Position numbers and translations under genes: made by a program. A DNA stretch of 60,014 bases, the filler included, from Jimgerdemannia flammicorona (lineage: Eukaryota), in the NCBI GenBank assembly GCA_003990765.1. It is 3 parts of 3 records of this genome, joined end to end, with 100 filler letters (N's around TTAATTAATTAA, not from the genome) between each part and the next. Parts side by side here need not be neighbours in the genome. Positions count along the whole stretch, not along the records: positions 40,078 to 60,014 come from RBNJ01001800.1; 2 more parts are not named here. One strand, 5' to 3'. Positions within the stretch are counted from its first letter, which is position 1, and each line of letters opens with the position of its first letter. Below, piece by piece: positions 47,572 through 60,014 of the stretch. The notes under the pieces were generated by a model. It made no database searches. It saw only the letters and a list, made by a program, of their open reading frames with translations, and was not told where the DNA came from.

Positions 47572-50010
47572 ATACCTCTTGCGCATGCCGATCTTATCGT
47601 CCGTTGGTAAATAATAATATACAATATCTCCGAATTCATTAAAAACGTCTTTAATCTCTTTCCAGGTCATCACTGGATTTATATCTCTAACAATGATTGT
47701 GTCACTCATATCATTGAGTGTCTTTGCTCGGACTGATCTGATGGCGAGTTTTTCTCTGACAAGGGCAAGTGCAGCCCGTGCACCTTCTGGCTTGAGAAAC
47801 CCGAAGCAGACGTTGCTGGAAGGAAGAGGGTGAAAAGTGAAGATGAGGACTCCATCATTATATCAATTATCAATGGACAAATACCTGTGCCCGGAGGGCG
47901 ACGTACCCAGTTCCTGAATCGAATCAAATAAATAATACATACCCAGCTAGCTTGTGTGTGAATTTGTCCTTAATAACATGCATACGGACGATCTCTCCGC
48001 ATGGCTGAAAAATTGCACTCACCGTATCAACATCCAAGCTGAACAACCCACTGATTAGAATTAGATTTCGATCATTGGCAGGAGAGCTACCAATAGAAGA
48101 ACTAGCAGCCGCACTCGGTAATGAGATAGAAGAAAAAGTATGAACATCAGGAGAAGAGGAAAAGGAGGGTTCAATTGTTTGGTATGGTCCGTTACTCATG
48201 ATGTTTGACACGTTTGACTGCCTCCTCAACTTCTCCAAATATTCTTGAACTTGGACAAGTTCGTCGTCTGGCGCACGATGACGTGCAGCTTCCAAAGTAT
48301 ACGATCGCAAGATTATAGAGTTGTGAGGTTGGTGTAAAGTATTCAGTGAGTTACCGTCAATCAAGATAGAGTTATATTGCGTATAGAGCAGTGGAGAATT
48401 GTTAAGGTGACGCCAAAGCATCCTTAAATCTTTGCAAGTTTGCGTGTCCGACCAATATTCGTCAGCTGGTGATTTAAGTTTTGATTTGTCGAATATGCCT
48501 CTCAACTTGCTTTTCTGCTCTCCAAATAGTAGATCAATCATAGGTTCGATCTTTTCCTCCGTCTCCAAACTCCACACGCACACGTGGAAGTTCTCCAGTA
48601 GATATCGGATGAAGGTGCGGGCGTGCGGACGAGGGTAAAATATTTGCTGTTTCAGATTGGATCCCCTTGCTATCAAGCATCCATTCAAATCACAAATAAC
48701 TAACTGGGTTTTAGATGGTTCGATGAATTGAGATGTCAACTCGCAACCATGGAGATAATCTTCTGTCGGTGGAGGATGCGGAGGTTTGGAGATGCCGTAA
48801 ACTTGTAGCGTTGTGGGAGTTGTGCATCTTGTCATGTTTGTCTTGGAAATTTGATCAAACAAGGCCTCTGTCCAATTTTTCTGTGAAGTTGTTTTCGCTT
48901 TTTTGATTGTTGACTCGGCGATCTCTTCTCCTCCATTGTTCTCAGAAAGTGCTTGTGGTGACGTTATCGATCGCTTTTGAGCGCTGAAGACCTTGGTTGC
49001 AGTTTTAATCTTGACGATCAGCGTCTCTCTGGTGTGTGAAGTTGCCTTATTGGTGTTGATGCTCTCGGAAGGGGTGACACCATACTCAGAGGTGAAATCG
49101 GAAAGATCTTGAGATACCAATGTATGTGGTTGCACAGAGCCCATCAGCTGATATTCTGTGGTTACCATGGTATCTGATGGTAATGTCATAAATATATCGG
49201 AGTTTCCATTCATATAAAAGCATAAATCCACATTTATGTAATTTAAAACCTTTATAACTTACTTTCATGAATTGCGGATGGTTGAGATGTAGCTGTTTCC
49301 GAAACCAGTGTGTCTGATTCGGTGGAAGAGGTGCTAGAACCTTCTCCTGTACTCTATAAAGAATGAAATGGTCATTAGCTTTTCTGAAAACTGTACAGAA
49401 ATTTCAACAATATGTGAGATCTATTCTCTTTTCTCCTTGTATCCCCCCCCCCCAACACACACACATTCAACACCCTTCCTCGCATGTCATACCAGAATTA
49501 CGAATAAATTATGCCATACCGTTGAAGTAAACCCTGAACTATGAAGCTGATCGTCATTTAATAGACGTTGCACCATGTCAGGTTTGCGATCTTTCCCATC
49601 TACAGGCAAACTTCGAGCGCAGAGAAGAGCAGCCAGATTGGCCTTCGTCGTATGTACATAGGGATTCTTGGCTATGTCATAGTCTACCAGTCTTTGCGCC
49701 AACTTGTCCTTGCTATCGCTTTGGTCTACTTGAAGTCGCCTCTCCGCACAAAGTTGAAAGAGTTCGTGGAAGCTCTTCCTTTTGTAAGTGCTTTTGGATT
49801 TTGCGCTATGGCAGAAAAAGAGGTGAGGCAACAATACATGAGTAGAGATATCACAGGCTCCAAATAGGTTTTGTTGTCATATCTGTTCTGACAGTTCCGT
49901 TCACGTCGCCATTCACGTCGCCATTCCCACCATCTTACATACAAGTTGTAAGTCTTCCTCATAGTATCCCTTGCCTGATATGGGTGTACTCACTTGGATG
50001 GGTACTCCAT
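46374..50010 (-). CDS. 8-exon gene, ~883 aa: 2x SAP-like, FCP1/NIF-type HAD domain, 2x RRM, Spt5 C-terminal-type tandem KOW
   Basis: Phase-consistent GT-AG exons 50010-49994, 49805-49520, 49353-49263, 49173-47943, 47815-47576, 47454-47203, 47013-46856, 46750-46374 (2652 nt). Motifs: ELFQLCAERRL..SKDKLAQRL and NLAALLCARSL..RKPDMVQRL; LVICDLNGCL, YPRPHARTF, CVWS, KDLRMLW, SILID; LILISGL..AGNVCFGF; IIVRDI..KSYAFLIF..MDGQRLQGRVL; HLEPVQPRKHENVKAMTGEFRGQLGEL..DGLV..LAK. An alternative first exon from ATG 49962 is also phase-compatible. Confidence 0.8.
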
Positions 50011-51146
50011 CCTTTCCTTTCCGACTCGGTAGTTTTGCAAGAGGTAAGGGTACAAAACGTGGCAAAAAGAAAACAAAGTTAGACAGTCACATACGTCATC
50101 GGTCTTTACGTTTCCGGGAGCTGCGGAATTATTCAGACGTATATACCTTGGATGACCTTTGCTTTTTCGCAGCTCTGCCTTTTGTTACCGCTGGCGGTTG
50201 CAAAGTATTCCGTATGTTAAAGCAATTATACGAGGGATCTTTCGTAGCGAATAAATAAATGCACGGTACATTTAATTCTCCATATTCACCGAATTGTAGA
50301 ACCGACAATATATATACCTACTTAACAGTCACCTGTGCGTGTAGAAACGATATGGAAGAAACCGGGGGGGGGGGGTAGGTGAGTTTACGGTCCAAAGACA
50401 ATGTTCAAATTTGGAAGTACTATCCATGTTTTGGGTCTTTCACTGCTTCAGACACCACGAATCATTCATCAATTCACGTTCCATTCCACCTTCGGCAGAA
50501 ATAAGTACTTGCGATACCCACCGAAACCTCTCTTAAAGTCAACCGATAGATTTTTCAGTAAGCGTATACCAGTTATACAATTGGGTTTCCAATAAAAACG
50601 TAGTCGCTCCAAAAACTAAGTAAAGGTGATTAAATTGGAGAATTAATTTTTGCACCAGGTGAAAAAGTAAACAATATCGTCTACATCGGTCGGGATGGCT
50701 TGAGTCGGACTTGAATGGACAATATAGGCATTTCCCGGTATCCCAAAAGGCAGCTCCATCCAGCAAAGGCCGGAGAATGTGTATACGTGTCAACAAAAAG
50801 GATGGTCTGTCCCTCTAGGCGAATCCTCGATTCTACAATATTTACCATCATTTTATATTGTCATTTCCTCCATCGCTTGATCATCATATACCGGCGTTTT
50901 GGGACCAGGATTACTAAGCCAATTAGGGTGACGTGTTTCATTTCGACCCTTTTACGACATGAAAAGTTTCTTTGTGAAGGAAATAGGGGACTTTGCTAAC
51001 CGCCGAGTGCTGCGAATTCGATTACATGGCGCATCAGTTGATATCAGACGTGCCTAAATCTCAGATGCCTACAAATAAATGCGTCACTGGTTGACAAACA
51101 CTCAGCCGCAGCAGATAAAGAAAAACTCTCTTTATTCTTTTTTCTC

Positions 51147-51242
51147 TTTCCCACCTTTCACCCAAACACATATCCCGCTATCCCGCCTTTCATCCAAACA
51201 CATATCCCGCTTTCCCACCTTTCATCCAAACACATATCCCGC
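51147..51242 (+). repeat. 3 x 32-bp tandem repeat immediately upstream of the ZNFX1-like ATG
   Basis: t(t/a)tccc(a/g)cctttca(c/t)ccaaacacatatcccgc at 51147, 51179 and 51211; ATG at 51244. Confidence 0.95.
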
Positions 51243-51243
51243 T

Positions 51244-54200
51244 ATGAATCACAATCAGAATAACCGTGGTCGAGGGAATTTTAGGGGCGGAGGTGCTGGG
51301 CGCGGAGGCCGAGGCAGAGGACAGAACACAAACCAAACCCCGGGTGGTCCTGCGAGGCAAGCAAGACCGAGCGGAATCACTCCAGAGCAGAAACGGCAAA
51401 TTGTGGAGCGACGGCAGGAGTCCATTCAAATTTCCAGTGACGGGACAGACGACCTAATTGTGGCCGAAAACGGATCGGAAGATATCCAGCAGCTGGCATT
51501 CGTGACACTGGGGCGCAACTCGCGCGCGTTCGAGCACCAACACCGCATGCGCCGCTTCGTCAACTCGTGCCTCGTCAACTTGTCCAACCATCACGACGTC
51601 GACACCTCTGGCTTGCTCATCGGCCTTGTTTCCGGCCCGGGCGTCGCGCGCATGAACGACATCATGCTCCAGCCCATGTCTGTCGACGCCGGATTACGAA
51701 AATGGCCTGTTTCGTTCCAGTACGTCGTGCTGCCTTTCGTCGGCGTGCTCACCAGGGAAAAGGTATGCCAGACGAACATGGTCCAGCAGGCAAACACCAT
51801 CTACACGGCCGTCTACGTGCATGCGGAACAATTCTTGCTGAAGGGCGTTCTCAGATGTATGCAGGAATTGATGGACAGGCAATCACTGCGTGATTACAAC
51901 GTCTCTCCCGAACAAATGCGCGCCGAGGACGCTGGCGCATGCACAGTCACAACTTTTCCGCACGCTCTCCTCGCCATCACCCGCCTCGTATTCCAGCTTC
52001 TCACACGAGTACGTGACGCAAAGTTTGAAGATCATTTCACGTCTATCGTGGACCAACTCCTTCACCTTGCTACCCGATGCCCTCAGATGCCTCCCGACAC
52101 TGCCGGCCGCGCATTCGAGCGCGATATTCTCAACCGTGAAATAGAACGCATCAACGCCATCATCTTGGATGCCAAGGGTCTGACGCTCCCCGCAGCGCCT
52201 GATTCTATAATCAAACGAAAGCCACCCGGGACAACAGCCAACATCGAATTCCTCGAGCGTAACTTCGACCCTCCAGGCGACTTCTCCCCAGACGGCCCGC
52301 GTCACGACAACGACCAGCCAAACATCGCTGACATCCAGGTAATCCCAACGCAGGCGGAGGTGACATGCAAACGGACGCCGTTCCTGCCGGCGAACGGGGT
52401 TCCTGACGCGCCGCACTTCATCGAGCCGGGATGGAAGCGGCAGCTGGACATCCACTTCCGGCTGTTCCGCGAGGACATGCTCGACCCACTGCGTAAGGGC
52501 ATTTTGGCGTTCTTACGGCTGCTCGAGCAAATGACGGGGGAAACGCGCATGGCGCTCTCGCAGCAAGGCCGATTGCGTCACATGGTAGACGAGAACGTGG
52601 ATCTGAACGTGTACTGTGACGTGCACTTCCACGGCCTCAGATTAACCAAACAACAGCGTGTGTCTGTCGAGATCTCATTCGCACAGCCAAAGTCATCCAC
52701 CGCACGAACGGCGGATCAGCGTAAGGAGTTTTGGGAGCGCTCCAAGAATCGCCTGATGCAGGGCGGGCTCATCTGCTTGGTGTGGAAGGACACCAGGGGC
52801 CGCACCGAGACAGCTACCGTTGCGCCGCTACGCATGATATTTGGCATCATCATCGACCGCGATGTTCGGCAACTGGCTGTGAATCAGGATCACGCCATCA
52901 TAACCATCGCGTTGACTGACCCGTCTGTCTACCTGCTGATGCTCGAAGCTGCCGAACAGGGGGGCGGACAGGACGTTGAGCATTTCATGGTCGAGTCGCC
53001 GGGGGTCTTCTTTGAATCCTATCGCCCCATCCTCAAGGCTTTGCAGCAGTGCACGCCGGTTACGTTGCCATTCGGGAGATATTTGGCTCCGACTGCAGCT
53101 GACGTCGTGGGGCCGAATAATCGCGAAGATTTTGTCGAACCACCATTGTACACGAGAGCGCCCGGGTTCGCTTTCGATCTGTCGGTTATACTCGAGCCTG
53201 GACAGGCTTACAACCTAGTGACCACGGACAAGGCATCAAGAGCATTGGCGGTTACCATGTTACAGCAACATAGTACGTTGGATGATACGCAGGCGAGAGC
53301 GTTGGTGGAGACTTTATGTAGAGAGGTTGCTTTGATTAAAGGGTAAATAACAGTGTTTCGCTTCAGCGTAATTCTTCTGGATTAGGTGATTCGCAAAAAA
53401 GCAATGTATCCACATTTATTAATGAACATTTTACATTTTTCCTCCAGGCCTCCAGGAACAGGCAAAACCAAGATCGGCATCGACCTCATGCGGGTATTCC
53501 TCCACAACGCCAATAAAATGCAATGTGGACCCATCCTCTGCATCTGTTACACGAACCACGCTCTCGACCAGTTCCTAGAGCACTTACTCGACCAAAACGT
53601 GAAGAGCATTGTGCGTGTGGGAGCACAATCCAAGTCCGAGCGGCTGCAGGACCACAATTTGGAGCAACTTATGCGGTCGCAGGCGCGGTCGTTTGACACG
53701 CGACAAGCCATTTACGAAGGCAGAACGAAATGGGATCAGGTGTCTAAAAACCTGCTAGACATCGACAAGTCGCTCCAAACTGGTACCCTCCCCTGGAAAT
53801 ACCTCGGTCCTTACCTGATGGATTACTGGTACGATCATTATCGAAATATCAACAATGAGAACGCGTTCGAGGCGGAATTTGAGGATGAGGATGATGGCGG
53901 AGGTGCATTCCAGACAGTCGGAGCGAAGAATGAGGATGGACCTTACCATCGCTGGATTTCGGGGAGCGATATCAAACGGAGGCAGGAGTATCTCGAATAT
54001 TTGCGGAAACAGAAGAAAAAGGCGCGTAAAGAACGGAAGGCGAACATTAACAGGTACGCAGAGTTGGGCCTGGACGCGGATTTGAACGGAAATTACTCCT
54101 CAATGCGACAGCAATCTCCCGAAGACATCGCGGCGCAGGCAATCCATATTCCGAAGACAAACCGACCACTCGTCTTACTGGAAGTGGACGGGAACGTGTG

Positions 54201-57200
54201 GAACATGTCGCTCGAAGAGCGCAGGCGACTCAGCGATTCGTGGAAGCGGCCTGTGCAAGAGAATATGCTGGACGAGCTGAAGCGATTGCTGGAGGAATCG
54301 GAGAAGATTGAACAAAACATAAAGAATGCATACGACGAGATGCGCCGCGTTATCCTCAAGAAGAGCACCGTCATTGGCATGACCACCAACGGCGCCGCAA
54401 AGTACCAGACCCTTGTGAGCTCCGTCGCCCCTAGGATCATTGTTTGTGAGGAGGCGGGGGAAGTACTAGAGTCCCATATCCTCGCTACACTGTCGTCGTC
54501 TACACAGCACTTGATCTTGATCGGAGACCACCAACAATTGAGACCGCATGTCGCGACCTACAATCTATCGGCCGACTCGCACGTCGGAAGAAATTACAAT
54601 CTCGATAAGAGTCTGTTTGAGCGCTTGGTGACGGCCCCCGTTAACACACTTCCAATGTCGATTCTCACGACACAAAGGTACGCATTTTCCTGGGTTTTAA
54701 CATATAAATACTATATTCTGTCTATTCCTTAACATAATACTCATTTAATTTCTAGGCGTATGCGACCCGAGATTGCAAATCTCATACGAAACACACTTTA
54801 TCCTGATCTTGTCGACGGCGGTTCTGCTTTGACCCACCCACCTGTCGGTGGGATGAAGAAGAATCTATACTTTATGGACCACAACCATCCCGAAGATAGC
54901 AAGGACCAGTTTGGAATGCAGTCGTACTCTAACACGTTCGAGGTTCGGATGATAGAGGCTCTAGTGAAATATCTAATCCGGAATGGATACAACAAACACG
55001 GCGATATCGCCGTTCTGACGCCGTACTTAGGCCAGCTTGCGAAGCTCCGTAAGGTTTTGATGAATAGCTTTGTCCTGGTTATTGATGAGAGAGATCAGGA
55101 GCAACTTGAAAATATGGATTTGTTAACTGCTGAGAACGAGGAGGCGGAGCGTGTCGAGCAGAATGTCGTCAAAGGCATGGTGCAGAAAACGCCGTTGCAA
55201 AAACAGGTGACGCTTCGAACGATTGACAATTATCAGGTATGTGTCTCGTAACAAATGTTTAGATTTACTAGTAGAGAGGATCATATCGTTATTCAGAAAA
55301 ACCTTATTATCACATTTCATGTATAGGGGGAAGAAGCCAAAATCATTATCATTTCCCTAGTACGTAACCTTCGAACGCAAGATGGCGCTGGCAAGGGCAT
55401 AGGATTTTTGAAGTCCCCGAACCGGACCAACGTCCTTCTCTCCAGAGCCCAACATGGCATGTTCTTGCTCGGTAACGCTAACCTGCTTGCTAGGAACGAA
55501 GCGGGCATATGGCCCAAGATTATCGACCAACTTCGAGAGACAGATTGCGTCGGTCCGGGGTTCCCAATTCTGTGCCAGAAACATCCCGACACGCAGAACA
55601 TTATTGACACCCCCGAAATGTTTAGGCTAATGGCGCCGCATGGTGGGTGCAACTTGCCGTGTAGCTACAACATGGATTGCGGTCACGTTTGTCCTTGTCA
55701 GTGTAAGTATTCACATTCCCCGTTCATTTTTGTATACATGAGCTGCAGAATTTACCGAATTGCGCGTTAATTCTCTCAGGTCACTCTGATGACGAGAGGC
55801 ATGTCATGGTCACGTGCCCGCAACCTTGTCCTCGACTCCATCGTATTTGCAATCACGCATGCCCCAAACGGTGCGGTGACGACTGCGGTTCTTGCAAAGA
55901 GATTGTAGGCGATATTTTCCTGCAATGCAGCCATATATTCCGTCAACCCGAGTGTTGGCAGGCAAGAAATCCCTCCCAGATCGCCTGCAAGGAGCGCGTC
56001 GAACGGGTCATGCTTGGCTGCGAGCATAGCACAACCATGGCCTGCTCCGACGACATCAAGAACGTCCGTTGCAAAAAACAATGCGGCGTCGTACTCCCGT
56101 GCGGACACCCGTGCAAGCGCCAATGCCACGAATGCCAGGTTGAAACCAATGCTCGGTCCAAGGCCCAGGCAAATGCCAAGGACGTTGTCATCAAGGTGCC
56201 GCGCACCTCCCACGGTGCTTGCCGCCAGGTGTGCGACAAGGCGTTGTTCTGTGGCCACTCGTGCGCCAACGCGTGCCACCCAAACAAGGACTGCCAGCCG
56301 TGCCAAAAAGAGTGCGTTACGAGGTGTGTGCACTTCACGTGCCAGAGGCCGTGCAGCGATACGTGTCCCGCCTGCTGCGAGACTTGTCCATGGCAGTGCT
56401 CGCATCAGGGAAGGTGCTTGCTGCCATGCGGGGCGCCGTGCAATCGGTTGCCTTGCAACAAGCGGTGCGATAAGCTTCTCGGATGTGGTCATAGGTGCCC
56501 GTTGGTGTGCGGCGAAGTTTGTCCCTTGGAAAAGTTCTGCGTTGTCTGTGCTGATGACGCTACGAAGGATATGATCGTTGACGTAGTCATGCAGCAAACT
56601 TTGCGCGAAGTGAATGTAGATGAGGACCCGCTGTTGATCTTGTCTTGTGGTCACGCGTTGACTATGTCCAGTTTGGATGGTATTATGGAAATGAATCAAT
56701 TCTACGTCGTATCCAACCCCATGGCAGAGACACCGGAGTTCACTGCCTGTCAGGAAGTGCCAGGGGAAGAGGTGAAGCAGCAAGCGTGTTTTCTTTGTCG
56801 AAAGCCCATTGTGGAGTTGCGTCGTTACGGGAGACGTATTAAGTATGCACAGTTAAGTGTCAGGTCGAAGAAATATATAAAGGCGCAACAGGGCAAGATC
56901 AAAGTCGTCAGAACCGATTTGCGCGGAGTACAAGCAGAACTGGAAAAATCAGCTCCCCAGTTTCACGTGTGGATATCCAAAAACATGAGTACACGCCCCA
57001 TTGGTCAGCCAGGCGCCAGTACCGACAGGAGTGCAGACCCCGTGAGTGAGCCAAACGTCAGTACCCGACTATTGCGATCCCTTCCCGCAAACAAGCTCGT
57101 CTTGCCCGTCGAATATTTCCAGCAGATCATGAAAATATACAGCATTCCAAAAGAACAGGCAGATCGCTGGACAAAGCACGTCAAAACAGTCCTTAATTGC

Positions 57201-58238
57201 TACCGCACCTTGACAGGCATCTACGAATCCGCCTACGGCTCGCCCGCGAAGCAGCTCTTTGACGCTTCCGTCGCACACCTTTACCGGTCTAAAATCTGGG
57301 GCGCGATGGACGAATTCGGCGACCAGGCCGAGTCTTCCAGCTCCTGGAGCGATGCGGCAACGGCCACTTCCATCATCCACGAGTGCATCCGCGAGTGCGG
57401 CATCCCCCCGGGCGGCATGGACGGCTCTTCGTCCGTCGAGTCCCTCCAGGAGATTGTCAACGTCCAGCTCCTATTGCACCAACAGGCCATCGGCGTCTTG
57501 GAAGTGGCGGGCCTGTCGTCTGGGTGGTACTGGTTTGTCGACGACCTGATCGAGGCCATTATGCTCCATGTTGAAAAACTGATGGTTTCTGCCGAGCAGG
57601 GGAAGTACTTTCGGCATCTGGCCAACGCGCGGTTGACTCTGATGGACGCTTTGTACAAGAGGGTGCAGTGGCTGGGGAGAAAGCCCGTAACCGATGAGAC
57701 CAGGCCCGAGCGTCTTGTCGTTTTGGATGGACTGAGTGTGAGGTTTATTCAGGAGAGGAAGATTCTTAGAAATGAATGCCCCCTAGGGATTCGTGACCAA
57801 TGCATGGCAAGGCTTGAAGAGCTGAAAAGGAAGATGGAGGACGCCATCAGGAGGGCCCAAAGTGGTACGTTCTATTCGGAGGTCACTCAGCAAGAGAGGG
57901 TTGAGTTATACCGCGCCATGGCGGTGGAGGTCGGTGGGACGGGCCACTGGTACCGTTGCAGGAATGGACATCCTGTAAGCCATTTTTCTACTTTGTGAGC
58001 GAATTTTTCATTTTTCTTTACCTCTCTTGAGGGAGAGGGAATACACATTTATCACTAACGCGTTTTCACCAAATTTATTGTCTTGCACGAATAGTACGTT
58101 ATCGGAGAATGTGGGATGGCAATGGAGTCGACTCGCTGTCCGGAGTGCGGCGCACCAGTCGGCGGTGGCAGGCACATGTTGCACGTGGACAATTCTCACG
58201 ACGACCAGTTCGAGAGGAGTATGGCGAACAGGCGGTGA
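51244..58238 (+). CDS. ZNFX1: ZNFX1-like SF1 (UPF1-family) helicase with NFX1 zinc fingers, RING-like segment and C-terminal RZ finger; 6 exons, ~2174 aa
   Basis: Exons 51244-53342, 53448-54677, 54756-55236, 55327-55702, 55780-57974, 58095-58238 (6525 nt, phases consistent). RGG N-terminus; GPRHDND, HFRLFRED; GPPGTGKT, CYTNHALD, CEEAGE, IGDHQQLRP, SLFERL, RMRPEI, TPYLGQ, TIDNYQGEE, RTNVLLSRA; repeated CGH.C...CH; HWYRCRNGHPYVIGECGMAMESTRCPECGAPVGG. Confidence 0.95.
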
Positions 58239-60014
58239 CCGATGCAGGGTTGTCCTTGATAAGGAAATCGACTTTTGTCGGGTGGATCGAAACAGTATTT
58301 TTGTTTTTTTTTTTAAAAAAAAAAAAAAAGAAAAAACGGGTTTATCAATATTTGTTCACATTAAAATTAGGGGAGAGGGTTTAAAATCATATTGTCATCC
58401 TGTAATCCTGTAATATTTCTACACACGTGCTGATCAAGCGAACCGTATGTCGAAGTAAGAAATTTGGAACAGCCAGATGCACAGAAATAAAAGTTCCATT
58501 CACAGACGAATGAGGTAGAGACAATGTCGTCATGGTGCAACAAGTGTTTGACACAAATCATTGTAATTCTCGAGATGCCATTACCTCTATGCGCAATCGC
58601 CAATCCACTCCTGCATTACCATGCCGGTGGACCCCTGCCACGCAATTCTAGACACCGCGGTCCGTACGGCAAAAGACGCGTCTATATTCTGACGCGAAAC
58701 GTAAACTGTACGTACAAACAATTGTCGAGCGACGCTGCCCCAGACGACGTTTGATTCCGTCCAAAACGCCGCCGGCAGGTAGTTCAGATTGCAAATGGCG
58801 ACAGGGATGTCATTCTTTCGCCTCTGGATTTCGAGCAGGCGTATGAATCTAGGGTTAGGGGTGGATTTGGCAATGCTTAATTTATTGCGCTCGCGAGTCA
58901 CGCCGTAGCCCATGAATGGGATAATTTCCTGCACAGTCGCAAGGCACCACACAAGATTGAGGGGAAGTCGGGTCACATTAGGGGGTATGTGGACGTCTTG
59001 GGTGGCGACGTACCTGGGATTGATGAAAGGAATTGCGAAGAAGGGTTGCGGGAGGCGCCGGTGATGGAGGCGATCATGATTTGTGGAGTTGGTTAGAGCG
59101 GATGATTGATGAGGAATGCGCTCAAAAAAGCTCACGGCATCCTTTTTATAACGTCATCGCAACGCTTGACAGCTGGCTCGAGGTATACACGAATTCGAGC
59201 TTTCTCAGAATGGAAGTATCGGCCGACCAACAAACGCCTGAAACACTGATGCGGAAAATCCGACCCGAAGTAGTGGGTATTAAATCCCTGGTGTGAATGA
59301 TCGAACAAACTTGTCAGATCGTTGCAAGTTGAGATGCCATAGTCCTCGCCAGATTTCAGACATGTTCAAATCGCGCCCGCAATTTATGAGCTGCACCCAG
59401 CGCCAAGGCGTTCAAGAACGGCCGGCGAAGATCGTACACTCACCCTTCTTTGAATTGCTTTTAATGTGGGCTTGATTCCTGGACAAACCGAGCGCCTCTA
59501 GATTTTACTTCCGAGAGGATCGGTACTTACTACCGGCGTCGGTGCGTACACTTTGGGCCTTAGAAATAACTTGTATTTCGCATTTGTACGCCGGGATCCT
59601 CAGGTAAAAAGAGCCCGCACAATTGACGTGGTCCCACAATTCCATGTGGACGGCATTTGAGAATGTGCGTCATTGCCGTGCACAGTTCTGGATTCGGCCT
59701 GTGTCCGCCTCACTAAACATCCCATAACATAAGCGACATCAACGCCATGAGTTAATCTATTACAAATGTAAAAAAAAGGCAGGAACGCGCGTCCCTTGTA
59801 TGCTGTGCACCGTGGGACCCTTTGGTTGGGTTGCTGGATGTAAACAACTAAGGGCGCCGTCAGGCATCACGTAGTGACATATTGATGGCGCAGCGAGAGG
59901 GCCATCCACGAGGGATGGAAAACGACTTTGTAAAGTACAAGGAGTCAATCTGCAAGATAAACACTGCGCAACTGAATCTAAAAGAAACCAATAGCTTGGC
60001 TCAAGAAAAAAAAA

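Noticed and set aside
47425..47709. ORF with a poly-Phe tract
   Set aside because: Read-through into a poly(T) intron after the AG|gtatgt donor at 47575.
55776..56783. 335-aa minus-strand ORF
   Set aside because: Antisense to ZNFX1-like exon 5; no independent motif.
18171..58238. A single immune cluster comprising the TPR locus and ZNFX1
   Set aside because: They lie on different concatenated contigs.
58500..60014. CpG-rich region with a 182-aa minus ORF (58587-59135) and a plus-strand stretch faintly like an alpha/beta-hydrolase C-terminus (IANGDRDVIL...ASHAVAHE)
   Set aside because: No convincing family motif or consistent exon chain and the plus frame has stops; possibly a pseudogene, needs a translated search.

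Overview
Eukaryotic, almost certainly fungal, genomic DNA with GT-AG introns, a Zn2Cys6 domain and a fungal NLR-type TPR array; an early-diverging lineage is plausible but cannot be established from the sequence. The window is three pieces of 19,939, 19,938 and 19,937 bp joined by artificial N-TTAATTAATTAA-N spacers, so adjacency across 19940-20039 and 39978-40077 is meaningless. About 46 kb is a CpG-depleted, C>T-hypermutated nest of retroelements: several copies of an L1/Tx1-like LINE (the two full-length ones bracketed by target-site duplications), a near-complete Ty3/Gypsy chromovirus carrying a dUTPase between Gag and protease plus an extra ~400-codon ORF before the 3' LTR, a second dUTPase-bearing LTR relic, and a 4.5-kb inversion that splits a LINE. 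CpG-rich islands hold a decayed Zn2Cys6 + TPR locus (18.2-19.3 kb) and two apparently intact divergent genes: an 8-exon gene with an unusual 2xSAP-FCP1/HAD-2xRRM-Spt5-type KOW architecture (minus strand, ~883 aa) and a 6-exon ZNFX1-like helicase with NFX1 zinc fingers and an RZ finger (plus strand, ~2174 aa).
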